NCBI RefSeq assembly: GCF_963921235.1
Contig: NC_086097.1
Coordinates: forward strand, 195,116,001 to 195,180,000
DNA from: Mobula hypostoma
Taxonomy: Eukaryota
Reading direction: 5' to 3'
Length of the DNA: 64,000 bases
Made by a program: the position numbers and the translations under genes. The notes beneath the pieces were generated by a model that made no database searches, was not told the origin of the DNA, and saw only the letters and a program-made list of their open reading frames with translations. This document shows positions 38,690 to 51,647 of this stretch, piece by piece (within the stretch, counting starts at the first letter, position 1; each line of letters begins with the position of its first letter).

Positions 38690-39580
38690 CATTAGATCAT
38701 AGAATTATGGAATGATAGGAATAGACAGCTCAGAACTGGCCTTTTTTTTTGGCAAACCTCAACCATGCCGACCATGATGCCTATCTACACTAATCAGATT
38801 TGACCACTTTAGGTCAGTATCCTTTGACACCAGAGGTTCCCAACCTGGAGTTCACATACCCCTTGCTTAATGGTATTGGTCTATGGCATAAATAAGGTTG
38901 TTAATACCTGTTTTATGCCCTTTCTATCCATATACAAGTCCAAATGCCTTTCTTATATCTGATCCCATCATGTCCCCTGACAGCTGTTTCCAGATATTCA
39001 CCATCCTCAGTGTAAAAATCTTACCCTTCAGACCTTCTTTAAATATTTCCTTTCTCTGGTTCCCTTTAGTCTTAGTCACCCTTGCCCTAGCCAAACAAAT
39101 CTGATTATCTATCCTTTAATAAATGTTATAAACCTCTATACGTCCACCCTTAACCTCCTACATTTTTTATGGTCATCCCTCAGCCTTCTACGTATGTCCA
39201 GTGAGAATAAACAATCTCCATAAGGCTGCCAGCATGATCAGACTCCACCCCTCCCAGACATTCTCTCTTCTCCCCACTTCCATTGGGCAGAAGATACAAA
39301 AGGCTGAAAGCATGTACCACCAAGCTCAAGGACAGTGTTATCAGACTCCTGAATGGACCTCTTGTACAATAAGATGGACCCTTGACCTCACAATCAACCT
39401 TGTTATGAACTTGCACTTTATCATTTACCTGCATTGCATTTGCTCTGGAGGTCTTCCAATTTATTTTACATTTTACCACATTCAACCTTAGTGTACTATG
39501 TAATGCATTAGTCTGTACAGACAGTATACAAAATAAAATGTTCATTGTTTCACAGTGTATGTGACAATAATAACAAATAC
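38690..39580. mobile_element. Degenerate CR1 3' end (minus) with a tiny hAT-like MITE (~38832-38910), followed by a Rex1 3' end (plus, ~39210-39580)
   Basis: CR1 tail resemblance; imperfect TIRs CAGAGGTTCCCAACCT / AGGTTGTTAATACCTG; Rex1-like HPSQTFSLLP and GTGACAATAATAA end. Confidence 0.55.
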
Positions 39581-40689
39581 TGAACTAATCTCTCTTTATA
39601 ATTACAGACTTCCATTTCAAACAATGTCCTGCTGAATATTTTCTATAATCACATTCTGGCAAATCACTTCTGCACTACTTACATAGATACCTTACTCAAG
39701 TATATGTGTACACATGTGATTATTTTCATTCAAATTAATACATGTTAAAGCTTTTTCATGTTCCCATTGATTTAATAAAATGGCTAAAAGTGTTTCATTC
39801 TCAGGATTTTTGAGAATTAAATGTCTGGTCATGCTTCCTCTTGCCCTTTGACTTAGTCATCGAAAGATTTGGGTGTATAAGGTTCGGGTCCCTCAACTTG
39901 TTTCCATGTTCATCTTGTAAAATGGTTAGATGGATCGTTCTGGGATAATGCATAGAAGAAAAAGATAACAGTTGGCATTTGTTTTCTTTTCAATGATTAG
40001 ATTTTGCTTTGAAGTAAATGTCTCCTTTCAGAAGGCACAGTTTACAATAACTTTTGTCATGTAACAAGGAATTATCACTAACAGTTTCCCAACAAGCAGG
40101 CTGTTAGAGTCTTAAGCATTTCTTAGCAAGTTGGAGCAAAAAAAAATAGGAAAGTAGTAACAAAGAAGCTTTGGTCCTAACAGGAAAACAGTCTAAAAAT
40201 ATCGTTAATTTCTCTGTAGGTTAAATTTCTGAACATGTTGGTAGGATGGGACTAGACTGCAGTGAAGTGAAAATGCATGCTGGAATGATGATACATGACA
40301 CCTCCCAATAGTTTTGCCAATGTAGATTGCACCTAAGATGTGTACCCCCACATCATTATCATTGGAGCAATGAGCTGGCACCAGCCATGCTGTTTATTGC
40401 ACCAATCTACATCCACAGAGTGCAATTTCAGCAGTTGCTAGTGCTGGCGTATGTTATCGGCTGCTATTTGAAGACATGAATTTGCATCTTAGATGGGAAC
40501 TTCTCATTAACACTAATCACTGGTAGAAGACCTTGCAAACCTTTAGAAAGGCTGAAGTGAAACAAAGCAGAAATAAAAAAAATGAAATCCCAATTTACAG
40601 AAATGGCTCTGGGCTCTTTAGCAGGCAAGGTAGAGAGGATGTGAGAATTCCTTCGGGGACCAAGAAACCACCAAATCATGAAAATTGGG

Positions 40690-40990
40690 CAACATATTGG
40701 TAAGCCTGTAGAGTCCTGCCTTGCAGCACCAGAAACTCAGATTCAATCCTAACTTCAGATGCTGTCTCCATGGAGTTTAGCTGTTTTCTCTGTGATTATG
40801 AAGGTTCTCTTCAGATGCTCCAGTTCCTTCCCTCATCACAAGGATGTAAGAGCTGGTAATTTAGTTGGTTAGCACTGTAAATTGCCCCCAGTCTGTAGGT
40901 GAGTGGTTGAACTCAAGACAACAAAAACTGTGATTACTGTATGAGTAATAAAAATTTCCAGGTTGATAGAGTCACAGAGAGAAACTGACT
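40690..40990 (+). mobile_element. HE1/V-SINE-like SINE, degenerate
   Basis: GATTCAATCC B-box-like motif, then GGAGTTT...ATGCTCCAGTTCCTTCC...TGTAAATTGCCCC core. Confidence 0.7.
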
Positions 40991-41276
40991 CTATAAGATG
41001 ATTGTGGCACCAAGTAGCTAACAAGGTCAATGACAGTGATGAAGTACTGTGGCAAAAAGTTGAAAGCTTACACAGACATAGAAAAGGTCACGGAACAAAA
41101 ACAAGTCCCATCTACCAACACTAATTAAGATAAAAGCTCCACGCTGTACATTTCCATCATCCATTTTGCAACAGGATTTGTAAATTATGACTCCTAGTTA
41201 ACATTAACATGCCACAATGCACCCTTACATCTCAGCACAATTGACAGGGAGCTTCACCTGTACATTGAGAGTGTTA

Positions 41277-41400
41277 GGGTCTTAGTCCAAAATGTCAACA
41301 GTTTCCTTTCCCTCCATAGATGGTACCTGACCTACTGAGCTCCTCCAGCATTTTGTGTGTGTGGCTCAAGATTTTCAGCATTTTCAGTCTCAATTGTGCA
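41277..41400 (+). mobile_element. Older pLTR fragment
   Basis: AGGGTCTTAGTCCAAAATGTCAAC...CTGAGCTCCTCCAGCATTTTGTGTG, matching the 27750 and 33150 pLTRs. Confidence 0.65.
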
Positions 41401-41897
41401 TATACATCCTTTCCTGTTCCAGAATATCACTGGGATTTGCTTCCACATCAGTGCATGAACAGTCTGTAATGCCTTATACCATTGAGAGTACTAATCTTCT
41501 GGACAATTCCAGTGACCACACTGTATCCTTCTTTCTCCCTAAGAGGTCACACAGCCATTCAGATTCAGAGTCAGATTTATTTATCACATGTACATTGAAA
41601 CATACAGCGAAATGTGTCATTTGCATTAACCATAGAAACCATAGAAAAACTACAGCACAGAAACAGGCCTTTTGGCCCTTCTTGGCTGTGCCAAACAATT
41701 TTCTGCCTAATCCCAATGACCTGCACACAGACCATATCCCTCCATACACCTCCCATCCATGTATCTGTCCAATTTATTCTTAAATGTTAAAAAAAACCCG
41801 CATTTACCACCTTGTCTGGCAGCTCATTCCATACTCCCACCACTCTGTGTGAAGAAGCCCCCCCCAATGTTCCCTTTAAACTTTTCCCCCCTCACCC

Positions 41898-44589
41898 TTA
41901 ACCCGTGTCCTCTGGTTTTTTTTCCTCCCCTTGCCTCAGTGGAAAAAGCCTGCTTGCATTCACTCTATCTATACCCATCATAATTTTATTTACCTCCATC
42001 AAATCTCCCCTCATTCTTCTACGCTCCAGGGAATAAAGTCCTAACCTATTCAACCTTTCTCTGCAACTGAGGTTCTCAAGTCCCGGCAACATCCTTGTAA
42101 ACCTTCTTTGCATCTCTTTCAACCTTACTTATATCCTTCCTATAATTTGGTGACCAAAACTGAACACAATACTCCAGATTCGGCCTCACCAATGCCTTAT
42201 ACAACCTCATCATAACATTCCAGCTCTTATACTCAATACTTCGATTAATAAAGGCCAAAGTACCAAAAGCTCTCCTTACGACCCTATCTACCTGTGACAC
42301 CACTTTTAGGGAATTTTGTATCTGTATTCCCAGATCCCTCTGTTCCACTGCACTCCTCAGTGCCTTATCATTAACCCTATATGTTCTACCTTGGTTTGTC
42401 CTTCCAACATGCAATACCTCACACTTGTCTGTATTAAACTCCAGCTGCCATTTTTCAGCCCATTTTTCCAGCTGGTCCAAGTCCCTCTGCAGGCTCTGAA
42501 AACCTTCCTCACTGTACTACACCTCCAATCTTTGTATCATCAGCAAATTTGCCGATCCAATTTACCACATTATCATCCAGATCATTGATTATAGATGACA
42601 AATAACAATGGACCCAGCACTGATCCCTGTGGCACACCACTAGTCACAGGCCTCCACTCGGAGAAGCAATTCTCTACTACCAGTCTTTGGCTTCTTCCAT
42701 TGAGCCAATGTCTAATCCAATTTACCACCTCTCCATGTATACCTAGTAACTGAATTTTCCAAACTAACCTCCCATGCGGGACCTTGTCAAAGGCCTTACC
42801 GAAGTCCATGTAGACAATATCCACTGCCTTCCCTTCATCCACTTTCCTGGTAACCTCCTCGAAAAACTCCAATAGATTGGTCAAACATGACCTACCATGC
42901 ACAAAGCCATGTTGACTCTCCCTAATAAGTCCCTGTCTATCCAAATGCTTGTAGATTCTGTCTCTTAGTACTCCCTCCAATAACTTACCTACTACCGACG
43001 TTAAACTTACCGGCCTATAATTTCCCGGATTACTTTTCGATCCTTTTTTGAACAACGGAACAACATGAGCCACTCTCCAATCCTCCAGCACCTCACCTGC
43101 AGACAGCGACATTTTAAATATTTCTGCCAGGGCCCCTGCAATTTCAACACTAGTCTCCTTCAAGGTCCAAGGGGACACCCTGTCAGGTCCCAGGGATTTA
43201 TCCACTTTAATTTTCCTCAAGACAGCAAGCACCTCCTCCTTTTCAATCTGTACAGTTTCCATGATCTCACTACTAGTTTCCCTTAATTTCACAGACTTCA
43301 TGCCAGTTTCCTTAGTAAATACAGACGCAAAAAACCCGTTTAAGATCTTCCCCCATTTCCTTTGGTTCCGCACATAGCCAACCACTCTGATGTTCAAGAG
43401 GACCAACTTTATCCCTTACAATCCTTTTGCTCTTAATATACCTGTAAAAGCTCTTTGGATTATCCTTCACTTTGACTGCCAGGGGAACCTCATGTCTTCT
43501 TTTAGCCCTCCTGATTTCTTTCTTAAGTATTTTCTGCACTTCTTATACTCCTCAAGCACCTTATTTACTCTGTTTCCTATACATGTCATGCAACTCCTTC
43601 TTCTTCTTTATCAGAGTTGCAATATCCCTTGAGAACCAAGGTTCCTCATTCCTATTCACTTTGCCTTTAATCCTGACAGGAACATACAAACTCTGCACTC
43701 TAAAAATTTCTCCTTTGAAGGCTTCCCACCTACCAATCACATCCATGCCAGAGAACAACCTGTCCCAATCCACACTTTTTAGATCCTTTCTCATTTCTTC
43801 AAATTTGGCCCTCTTCCAGTTCAGAACCTCAGCCCTAGGACCAGATCTATCCTTGTCCATGATCAAATTGAAACTAATGGTGTTATGATCATTGGAACCA
43901 AAGTGCTCCCCTACACAGACTTCCGTCACTTGTCCTAACTCATTTCCTAACAGTCGATCCAATATTGCATCCCCTCTAGTTGGTACCTCTATATATTGAT
44001 TTAGAAAACTTTCCTGAACACATTTTACAAACTCTAAACCATCTAGATCCCTAACAGTATGGGAGTCCCAAACAATATATGGAAAATTAAAATCGCCTAC
44101 CACCACAACTTTATGTTTCCTGCAGTTGCCTGCTATCTCTCTGCAGATTTGCTCTTCCAATTTTTGTTGACTATTGGGTGGTCTGTAATACAATCCCACT
44201 AATGTGGCCATACCTTTCCTGTTTCTCAGCTCCACCCATAAGGACTCAGTAGACAAGCCCTCTAATCTGTCCTGCCTGAGCACTGCTGTAACATTTTCCC
44301 TAACAAGCAATGCTACTCCCCCACCTTTCATTTCTCTGCCTCGATCACATCTGAAACATCGGAACCCTGGAATATTGAGCTGCCAGTCCTGCCCCTCCTG
44401 TAGCCAAGTTTCACTAATTGTTATAATGTCATAATTCCATATGTCAATCCATGCCCTCAACTCATCCGCCTTCCCCGCAATACTCCTAGCATTGAAATAT
44501 ATACACCTCAGAAGATTTTTACCACCACTCACCTTTCTATTAGCAGATTTGCTTGAACTTTTAACATCATTTATTTTCGCCCCAGCCAC
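41898..44589 (-). pseudogene. CR1 ORF2 (APE endonuclease + RT), several frameshifts
   Basis: NARSI, ISETWL, GDFNFP, SNDHN (endonuclease); NYRPVSLTS, DFGKAFDKV, PQGSVLGP (RT). Split over five ORFs in the track. Confidence 0.93.
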
Positions 44590-44630
44590 ACTGTCAGCTC
44601 TGGCACTCTGGTTCCCATCTCCCTGTAAAT

Positions 44631-45594
44631 CTAGTTTAAAGCCTCCCCAACAGTACTAACAAACCTCCCTGAAAGGATATTGGTCCCCCTGTAGTTCAAG
44701 TGTAACCCGTCTCTCCTGTATAGGTCCCACCTTCCCCAGAAGAGGTCCCAGTGATCCTGAAATCTGAAACCCTGCCCCCTACACCAGTTCCTCAACCACT
44801 TGTTCATCCTCCAGAGCATCCTATTCTTACCCTCACTGGCACCTAGCACAGGTAGCAATCCTGAGATTACCACCCTTGAGGTCCTGCTTTTCAACTTCCT
44901 ACCTAGCTCTCTATACTCACTCTCCAGGACCTCCTCACTCTTCCTTGCTATGTCATTGGTACCGATGTGCACCACGACATCTGGCTGGTCACCCTCCTAC
45001 TTCAGAATGTCATGCAAGCGATCAGAGACATCCTTGACCCTGGCACCCGGGAGGCAACAAACCATCCTGGATTCTCTGTCATGACCACAGAACCTCCTAT
45101 CTGCACCTCTAACTATTGAGTCTCCTATCACTACTGCTGTCCTCTTTTTACACCCTCCCTTCTGCACTGCAGAGCCAGACTCAGTGCCAGAGATCCGGCT
45201 ACTGCAGCTTGTCCCAGGTAAGTCATCCCCCCCCAACAGTATCCAATGCGGTATACTTGTTGTTGAGCGGAATGGCCACAGGGGAACCCTGCTCTACCTG
45301 CCCTTTCCTCTTCCCTCGCCTGACAGTGACCCAATTTCCTGTCCTCTGCTCCTTTGGCGTAACTACCTCCCTGTAGCTACTATCTATAATCTCCTCATTC
45401 TCCTGAATGATCCACAGGTCATCCAGCTCTTGCTCCAGTTCCCTACTGCGGTTTGTTAGGAGCTGCAGCTGGATGCACTTCTTGCAGGTGTCGTTGTCAG
45501 GGACACCGGAGGGCTCCCTGACTTCCCACATCCTGCAAGAGGAGCATTCCAACAGCCTGCCTGGCATTCTCTCTACTCTAAACAATCTGAACAA
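44631..45594 (-). pseudogene. CR1 ORF1: zinc finger + coiled coil + SGNH/GDSL esterase
   Basis: CSSC...CKKC, LTNRSRELEQELDDL, VIGDS, GTND, DGLH. One frameshift at a G-run (~45230) and one in-frame stop at 44997-44999. Confidence 0.9.
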
Positions 45595-45684
45595 AAAACT
45601 TACCGGAACCTACCCTGGCCTCTGCCTGTTCTCGCCGAAGCCTGTTGAGCCAAGGCCATCCCACTCTGACTCAGTCCACTCCGA

Positions 45685-45750
45685 CGATGGCCGCTGTATA
45701 TGGTGGTCTGCTTTTAAACCTTGGCGCACTACGTCATGCGCCTGCGCAGT
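45685..45750 (-). promoter_or_regulatory. Putative internal Pol II promoter of CR1
   Basis: Minus strand TGCGCAGGCGCA (NRF1 consensus, 45737-45748), TGACGT (CRE-like), TTTAAAA and GCGGCCATC (YY1-like). Confidence 0.5.
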
Positions 45751-46039
45751 GCAGACCCTTCTCCCCGAGCAGTGTTTAAAAAAAAATGACTTTTTCTACC
45801 CGATTTCTTCACTCCCTTCTTCTCAGCTGCTTGCTTCGACTGAGAACACACCTCGGAATATGCTGGGGGCAGCCCACAAGTGTTCCCAAAATCTCCCGTG
45901 CCAACATAGCATGACCACAATACCCTGCAGAATAAGGCAGAGCACAAAAAAAACAGAATACAACAAGCAACAAAACAATGACAACTAACCAAGCCCCTTT
46001 CCTCTCTTCCACTCACCCATATATACAGAGCATCCTCCA

Positions 46040-48105
46040 ACTCCAAGACAGGAGTCAGAGTCTTACACCACTGAAACAAGCCCTGTTGTCCAACAGGTCC
46101 ATGCCAACCACCACATCCTCTGCTAGTCCCAGCTGCCTGCATTTGGCTGATAAACCTCCAAGCCTCAACCATCCATGGACCTATCTAAATGCCTTGTACG
46201 TGCCTTGAACACTTCCTTTGGCAGCTTGTTCCAGGTACTTACTTCCTTCTGGGTAAAGAAGTTACCTCTCATTTCTATTTTAAATCCCTCCCCACTTATT
46301 TTGTATCAGTGCCCTCTAGTTTTGGAGTCCCTTTATAAACATCTATGAGATCATGCCACAGACTCATGTGCTTCTGAGAATAAAAATCCAACAAGATCAA
46401 CCTCTCCCAATAACTCAAGCCCTCCAGTCCAGGAAGCATCCTTGCAGATCTCTTAAGCACCCTCTTCAGCTTGATAATGCTTTTGCTATCAAAACTATAC
46501 ATAATACTCGAAGTGAGGCTACAACAATGACATATAACTGCAATATAATGACTGTACTTACAAATTCAGTCCTCTTACTAATGAAGCCCAGCATGCTAAA
46601 TATCTTCTTCACTACCCTGTTACTTGCATGACTGCTTTCCATGAACTGTTCACTTGTACTCCCAGGTCCCTCTGTTCCAGAGCTCTCATCAGTGCCCTGT
46701 CATTCACTTTATAGGTCCTACCCTGATTTGACCAAAAGATATAGGAGCAGAAGTAAGCCATTTGGCCCATTGCTCCATCTCTGCTATTCCATGATGGCTG
46801 ATTTATTATCCCTCTCAACCTCATTTTCATTTCTCCCCACAAACAACAGGAATTCTGCAGATGCTGGAGATTCAAGCAACACACATCAAAGTTGCTGGTG
46901 AACGCACCAGGCCAGGCAGCATCTCTAGGAAGAGGTGCAGTCGACGTTTTAGGCCGAGACCCTTCATCATTTCTCCCCATACTCTTTGATGCCCTTATTA
47001 ATCAAGAACTTATCAACCATTGTTTTAAATATGACTTGGCCTACACAGCCATCTGTGGCAGCAAATTCAACAGATTCATCACCCCCTGGCTAAAGAAGTT
47101 CCTCCTCACCTTCATGATAAAAGGACATCCCTCTATTCTGAGACTCTGTCCTCTGGTCTTTGGTGCTCCCACTAAAGGAAACATTCTCTTTACATCCATT
47201 CTATCGAGGCCTTTCAAGATGTGTTTGATTTTAGTGAGATTCCCCCTCATTCTTCTAAGCTCCATCGACTACAGGCCCTGAGCCATCAAGCGTGCCTCAT
47301 ACATTAACCCTGTCATTCCCGGAATCATTCTTGTGAAATTCTTCTGGACTGTCTCCAATACCAGCACATTCTTTCTTGGCTAAAGGGCTCAAAATGAATT
47401 CCAGTTAAGATAGCGCTACTGAACACATGTCAGGACACAGACTCAGATTAGAAGTTTTCCATTTTAGAACAGAGGTGAGAAAGAATTTCTTTAGACAGAG
47501 GGTGGTGAGTCTATGGAATTTATTGCCACAGAAAGCTGTGGAGGCCAAATCATTGTACGTATTTAATGTGGCGGTTGATAGGTTCTTATTAATAACGGCA
47601 TCGAAATATACGGAGAGAAGGCAGGAGAATGGGGTTGAGAAGGATAGTACATCAACCATCATTGAATGGTGGAATAGACATAATGGGCTGAGTGGCCTGA
47701 TTATAATGGCAGGTTTTATGGTCTTAATGCACTTCAAGGCTACAAATAGCTCCTTCCTCATGACATCTATATGATCCAAGACCTCACTACCTATTAATCT
47801 CATTTCTTTGGCATCTTTTATATTCTCCTTAGTAAATTTCGAGAAGAAACAGACATTAAGAATATCTACAGTCTCCAGTGGTTCCACATGTAGGTAGCCC
47901 TCAGTTTTTAAGAGGATCTCATCTCTCCCTTGTCACTCTTTTAGTGTTAATAAAACTGAAAACTCTTTTCAGATTATCTTTCACCCTGCCTGCCAAATCC
48001 ATCTGATAATCACTTTTTGCCCTCCTGATTTTGTTATGTTCATCGAGGGATTCTTTCTTATCCAGCTGCCTAAACACAATGTACACTTCCTTCTATTTCC
48101 TTGCC
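46040..48105. mobile_element. Cluster of CR1 fragments (minus ~46040-47395, plus ~47405-47725, minus ~47726-48105)
   Basis: Repeated CR1 C-terminal motifs (RNFFSQGVMNL, KNFFRQRVVSLWNLLP) and tails in both orientations. Confidence 0.75.
46840..46966 (-). mobile_element. Short pLTR insertion with 13-bp TSD
   Basis: TCATTTCTCCCCA at 46827-46839 and 46967-46979. The insert matches the pLTR 3' end and stops inside the hammerhead core. Confidence 0.9.
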
Positions 48106-48921
48106 AGAACCTCATTATCTTTCAGCAGACAATGTTCAAACAACATTTATAAATTTGCCAGTGACATCACTGTCCTTGGCAGGATTTCAGATGGTGGCAA
48201 GGCAGATGTTTGAGTGGTATCACAACTCACAACAACAACTTTTCACTCAGCATCAGCAAGACCCAGGAATTTATTGTCGATGTCAGGAAGGGGAAGTCCT
48301 GAGAACACACACCTGTCCTTATTGAGGGAAAGCAGTAGAACAGGTGAGTAACTTCAAGTTCCTGGGTGTCAACATCTCAGAGGATCTACTCAAGGCTCAT
48401 GAAGAAGACACACTTGCAGATATACTTCACTAGGAGTTTAAAAGATCTGGCATGTCGCCAAATACCAGAGCAAATTTCTACAGAAGCACCATGGAGAGCA
48501 TTCTGACTGATTGCATCACTATTTGTTATGGAGTCACTAATGCACAGGATCACAAGAGGTTGCCGAGGGTTGGTACAAGACTTCCCACTATTGAGGGCTT
48601 CTTCAAAAGGTGGTGCCTCAAGAAGGCAACATTAATGACCCTCACCATCCAGGATATAACCACGTCTCATCAGGAAGGAGGTGCAGGAGCATAACAACAC
48701 ACAGTGAGCATTTTAGAAACAACTTCTTCCCCTCTGCCATCACATTTCTGAATGGTCCATGAGTCCACGAACACCACCTTGCTATTCCGCGTTTGTGCTA
48801 CTTACTTATTTTATGGCAACTTATAGTATTTTTCAATGTCTCGCACTGTACAGCTGCAACAAAATAACATGTCTCCTGACACACTGTATGTCAGTGATCA
48901 TAAATCTGATTCAGATTCTGA
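48105..48921 (+). mobile_element. Rex1/Babar fragment
   Basis: IYKFASD, FKFLGVNI, FYRSTMESILT and a (CTGATT)-type tail. Confidence 0.8.
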
Positions 48922-49616
48922 AATACAAACATATTTGAGCACCCTTTGAAGAAGCATTGAAGAAGATATTTTTCTGCCTGGATAAAACCAATTCTAAACA
49001 TTATTCTTTTGCAGAGTATCAGGTGCTTAAAGTTTAGAGATCTGTATGATCATAAATATAATCTTGCCAGTATAACATCTTAAAACATCAAACCAAACAT
49101 TACTTCTGCAGGTAGTTATCTAAAAGGGTTAACTTAACATGGAAAAGGCATGGAAAAGATTGTGTACTATTGTGTTGTTTTCTTACGAAAAACCTTTCAT
49201 GATAACAGAAAGCTACCTTCTATTTTATAGAAGGTTCAGTTCTTTCCAAGTGCCAATGGCCAAGCTACATTGGAAGCTAGATGCTGCCAAGGCCGAAGCG
49301 TGTTTCTCAAACAGATTTTGGTTAAGTCAGAAGAGAGAGAAAATAGAAAAGGTCCCAAGGTATTCTGAATGGTAAATGATCTAGGATACCTTGACCTCTT
49401 TCTGCCACTGTACTGCATCGTGTCCCTTTCTCATGTGAGTTTACCACCAGCTGAGTCTTCCAAACCGATCTCGTGCCTGACTTTTATTTAATGTTATATA
49501 TGTTACTGAGAGCATCACAGCCCTGGATATTTACATTTCAACTATGCCCCTAGAACTATTAGAATGTCAGATAACATAAATACCAAAGAGAGAATGATTA
49601 AGTACAAGTCACCCGG

Positions 49617-50017
49617 TGTTGCACGGGGCAACTGAGGAGAACCCAAGTGCAGGACACCAGCACGTCGACTGAGTTGGGGATGCTGGCATAGACGTGAAGG
49701 TAGAACAGCAAACCAGAGGAATCTTGACAAGGAGACAGGATCTACAGGGAGTATCTTGAAACTAAAGCAAATCTTGGAACTAAACTTAGAACTAACGGTT
49801 CTAAGCAGACAAGAGAACAAGGTATCGCACAAAACTAAACCAACAAACTAGCAACCTGAGAAAGAGAAGCCATCGTACTTATTTCACAGTCTCTGATGAA
49901 AACCAGGTGTACTGTAATTATGTAAACTAGCAGCAATTGGAAATCTAATGTTTGAAATTAGGGCATAATCAGGGAGAAAGGAGCGTTAAAGAGGAACAAC
50001 CAAACGGAACCATGACA
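49617..50017 (-). mobile_element. Probable solo LTR (~401 bp)
   Basis: TGT...ACA termini, flanks CCCGG/CCCAG (5-bp TSD differing by a CpG-type transition), minus-strand TCCTGCACTTGGGTTC near the 3' end. Confidence 0.6.
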
Positions 50018-50464
50018 CCCAGACATAATAGTTTCTGCCATCTGACTTTATTCTTTCCATGCACCTATTTGACAGGGAAGAAAAGGATTACATTTATTTA
50101 AACTTCTCATGTTATCTTCAGTGGATACTATACTAGTGGAGAACTATTAAGTGTCTCTTACTTATGCCCGGAGCAGTTATTTTTTATTTGCATCCATAAA
50201 TAAGAAGCCTAAAACCTGTCACCAGCCTATGTTGAAATTCTGATATGCCCTGAAGTAGAACAGATTTCCTCCAGGAACTTTAAGTCCAAATACCAATTAA
50301 GTTAAAAAAAAAAGACAAATATTTTCCTTAATCATGGAGCTAAGATTTAAGTCCTCTAATCTTACACCTGCATCTTATTTTCAGGCCCATTCGATCAAGC
50401 CCAGTGTCAGTTTTATTCACTCCCCCAGAAAGAAATCACAAAGTCCAGCATACCCCCTGAGACT

Positions 50465-51344
50465 TGTTACGAGAATACACATAAAATTAAGATGTTTGCT
50501 GGCCTGGGCTAGCATCAGTGGCATCAGCAGTTGGTCTGCCACCTGCCCTCAGGGGAAGGAGAGATAAGGAACAATGGAGCAGCGTCTGGAGATGTGTAAT
50601 GAAGGGATGTGGGAGGAAGAGCTGTCTGGAGCGGCTCCCCCCTTTGAACCCTGAACTGTTTGAAGTGATGGACAGGCGATACCCCAGCAGGGGGATAAAA
50701 AGGGACAGGTTCGCTAAGACAGACACACACGCCACCCGAGGTAACGAGACCCTGGAAGCGGTACGCTTCTCACGAGTGGGTGAGAAGTGCCAGACAACGA
50801 CCAGGGTGGAAAGGTACGATCAGCGGGAACCCGGTGTGTGTCCGCCCTTGCCTGGGTGCCGGGTTCACTGCAGAGGATCGACCGCATCTGGAGGAGGGGT
50901 CACAGTCGGTGACCTCAGGTGACATCACCAAGGACCCGCCCAAAAGCTGTTTGTGAGCCATCTCGCTGGTCTGTGAGCCATCTTGCTGGTCTGTGAGTGA
51001 AGCCGTTCTGAATGATGAGTTGTTCCTATTCTATCTCTCTCTTCCCCCACGTTGTCCACCGCCATGGCAACGATTACTGCGAACTGAACTACTAAACTGG
51101 ACTGAACTTTGAGTCATTTTGAAATTGGTCATTTACCCCTAGACAACGATAGAGCTTGATTGATGCTGTTATCTTAATTCTGTGCACATGTGCGTTTATC
51201 ATCGCTGAACTGTTGCATTTATTATCCTTTCGATTAATGTGTTGCTTGTTTCTTTAATAAAACTTTCTTAGTTCTAGTACTCCAGACTCCAACTGAGTGA
51301 TCCATTTCTGCTGGTTTGGCAACCCAGTTACGGGGTACGTAACA
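50465..51344 (+). mobile_element. Solo LTR (880 bp), Gypsy-like
   Basis: TGTTACG...CGTAACA termini, perfect 4-bp TSD GACT, GATAAAA TATA-like at ~50694, AATAAA at ~51256, 20-bp tandem duplication at ~50952-50991. Confidence 0.9.
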
Positions 51345-51647
51345 GACTTCTGTCCACAATTCTCTTGGAATCTGTAATCATCTGCTATGTCACTACCTGA
51401 CATGTCGGAAATGCTTCCAGGGTATGAGGGCCTGAATTCTTCTTATATTATCACTCCAGCAATGTTTCCAATGATACTCCTATCAGACCGCTCCCTTTAA
51501 TTCAATAGAGGTTTATAATCTTCCTACCCAACCTTCCCATGGTCTGCAATATCTTCCCCTGACCTTTCAAGGAATCCAAAAATGAACCGTGGGGCTTATC
51601 TTTGCCTCCTCTTATGCTCTAGACCAACCATTCATCCAGAAACTGAA

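Larger units (their letters stand above)
41628..45843 (-). mobile_element. Near-full-length CR1 LINE (~4.2 kb)
   Basis: GC-rich 5' UTR, ORF1, ORF2 (APE endonuclease + RT) and a (CTATGGTT)n tail, all in order. Confidence 0.95.

Noticed and set aside
40690..40760. tRNA gene
   Set aside because: Only a degenerate B-box-like motif at a SINE head. No cloverleaf.
49565..50017. Alternative LTR boundary TGTCA...TGACA
   Set aside because: Flanks AGAA/CCCA do not form a TSD. The start at 49617 gives CCCGG/CCCAG.
50518..50922. 134-aa ORF inside the solo LTR
   Set aside because: Lies wholly within the TSD-bounded LTR and has no recognisable domain.
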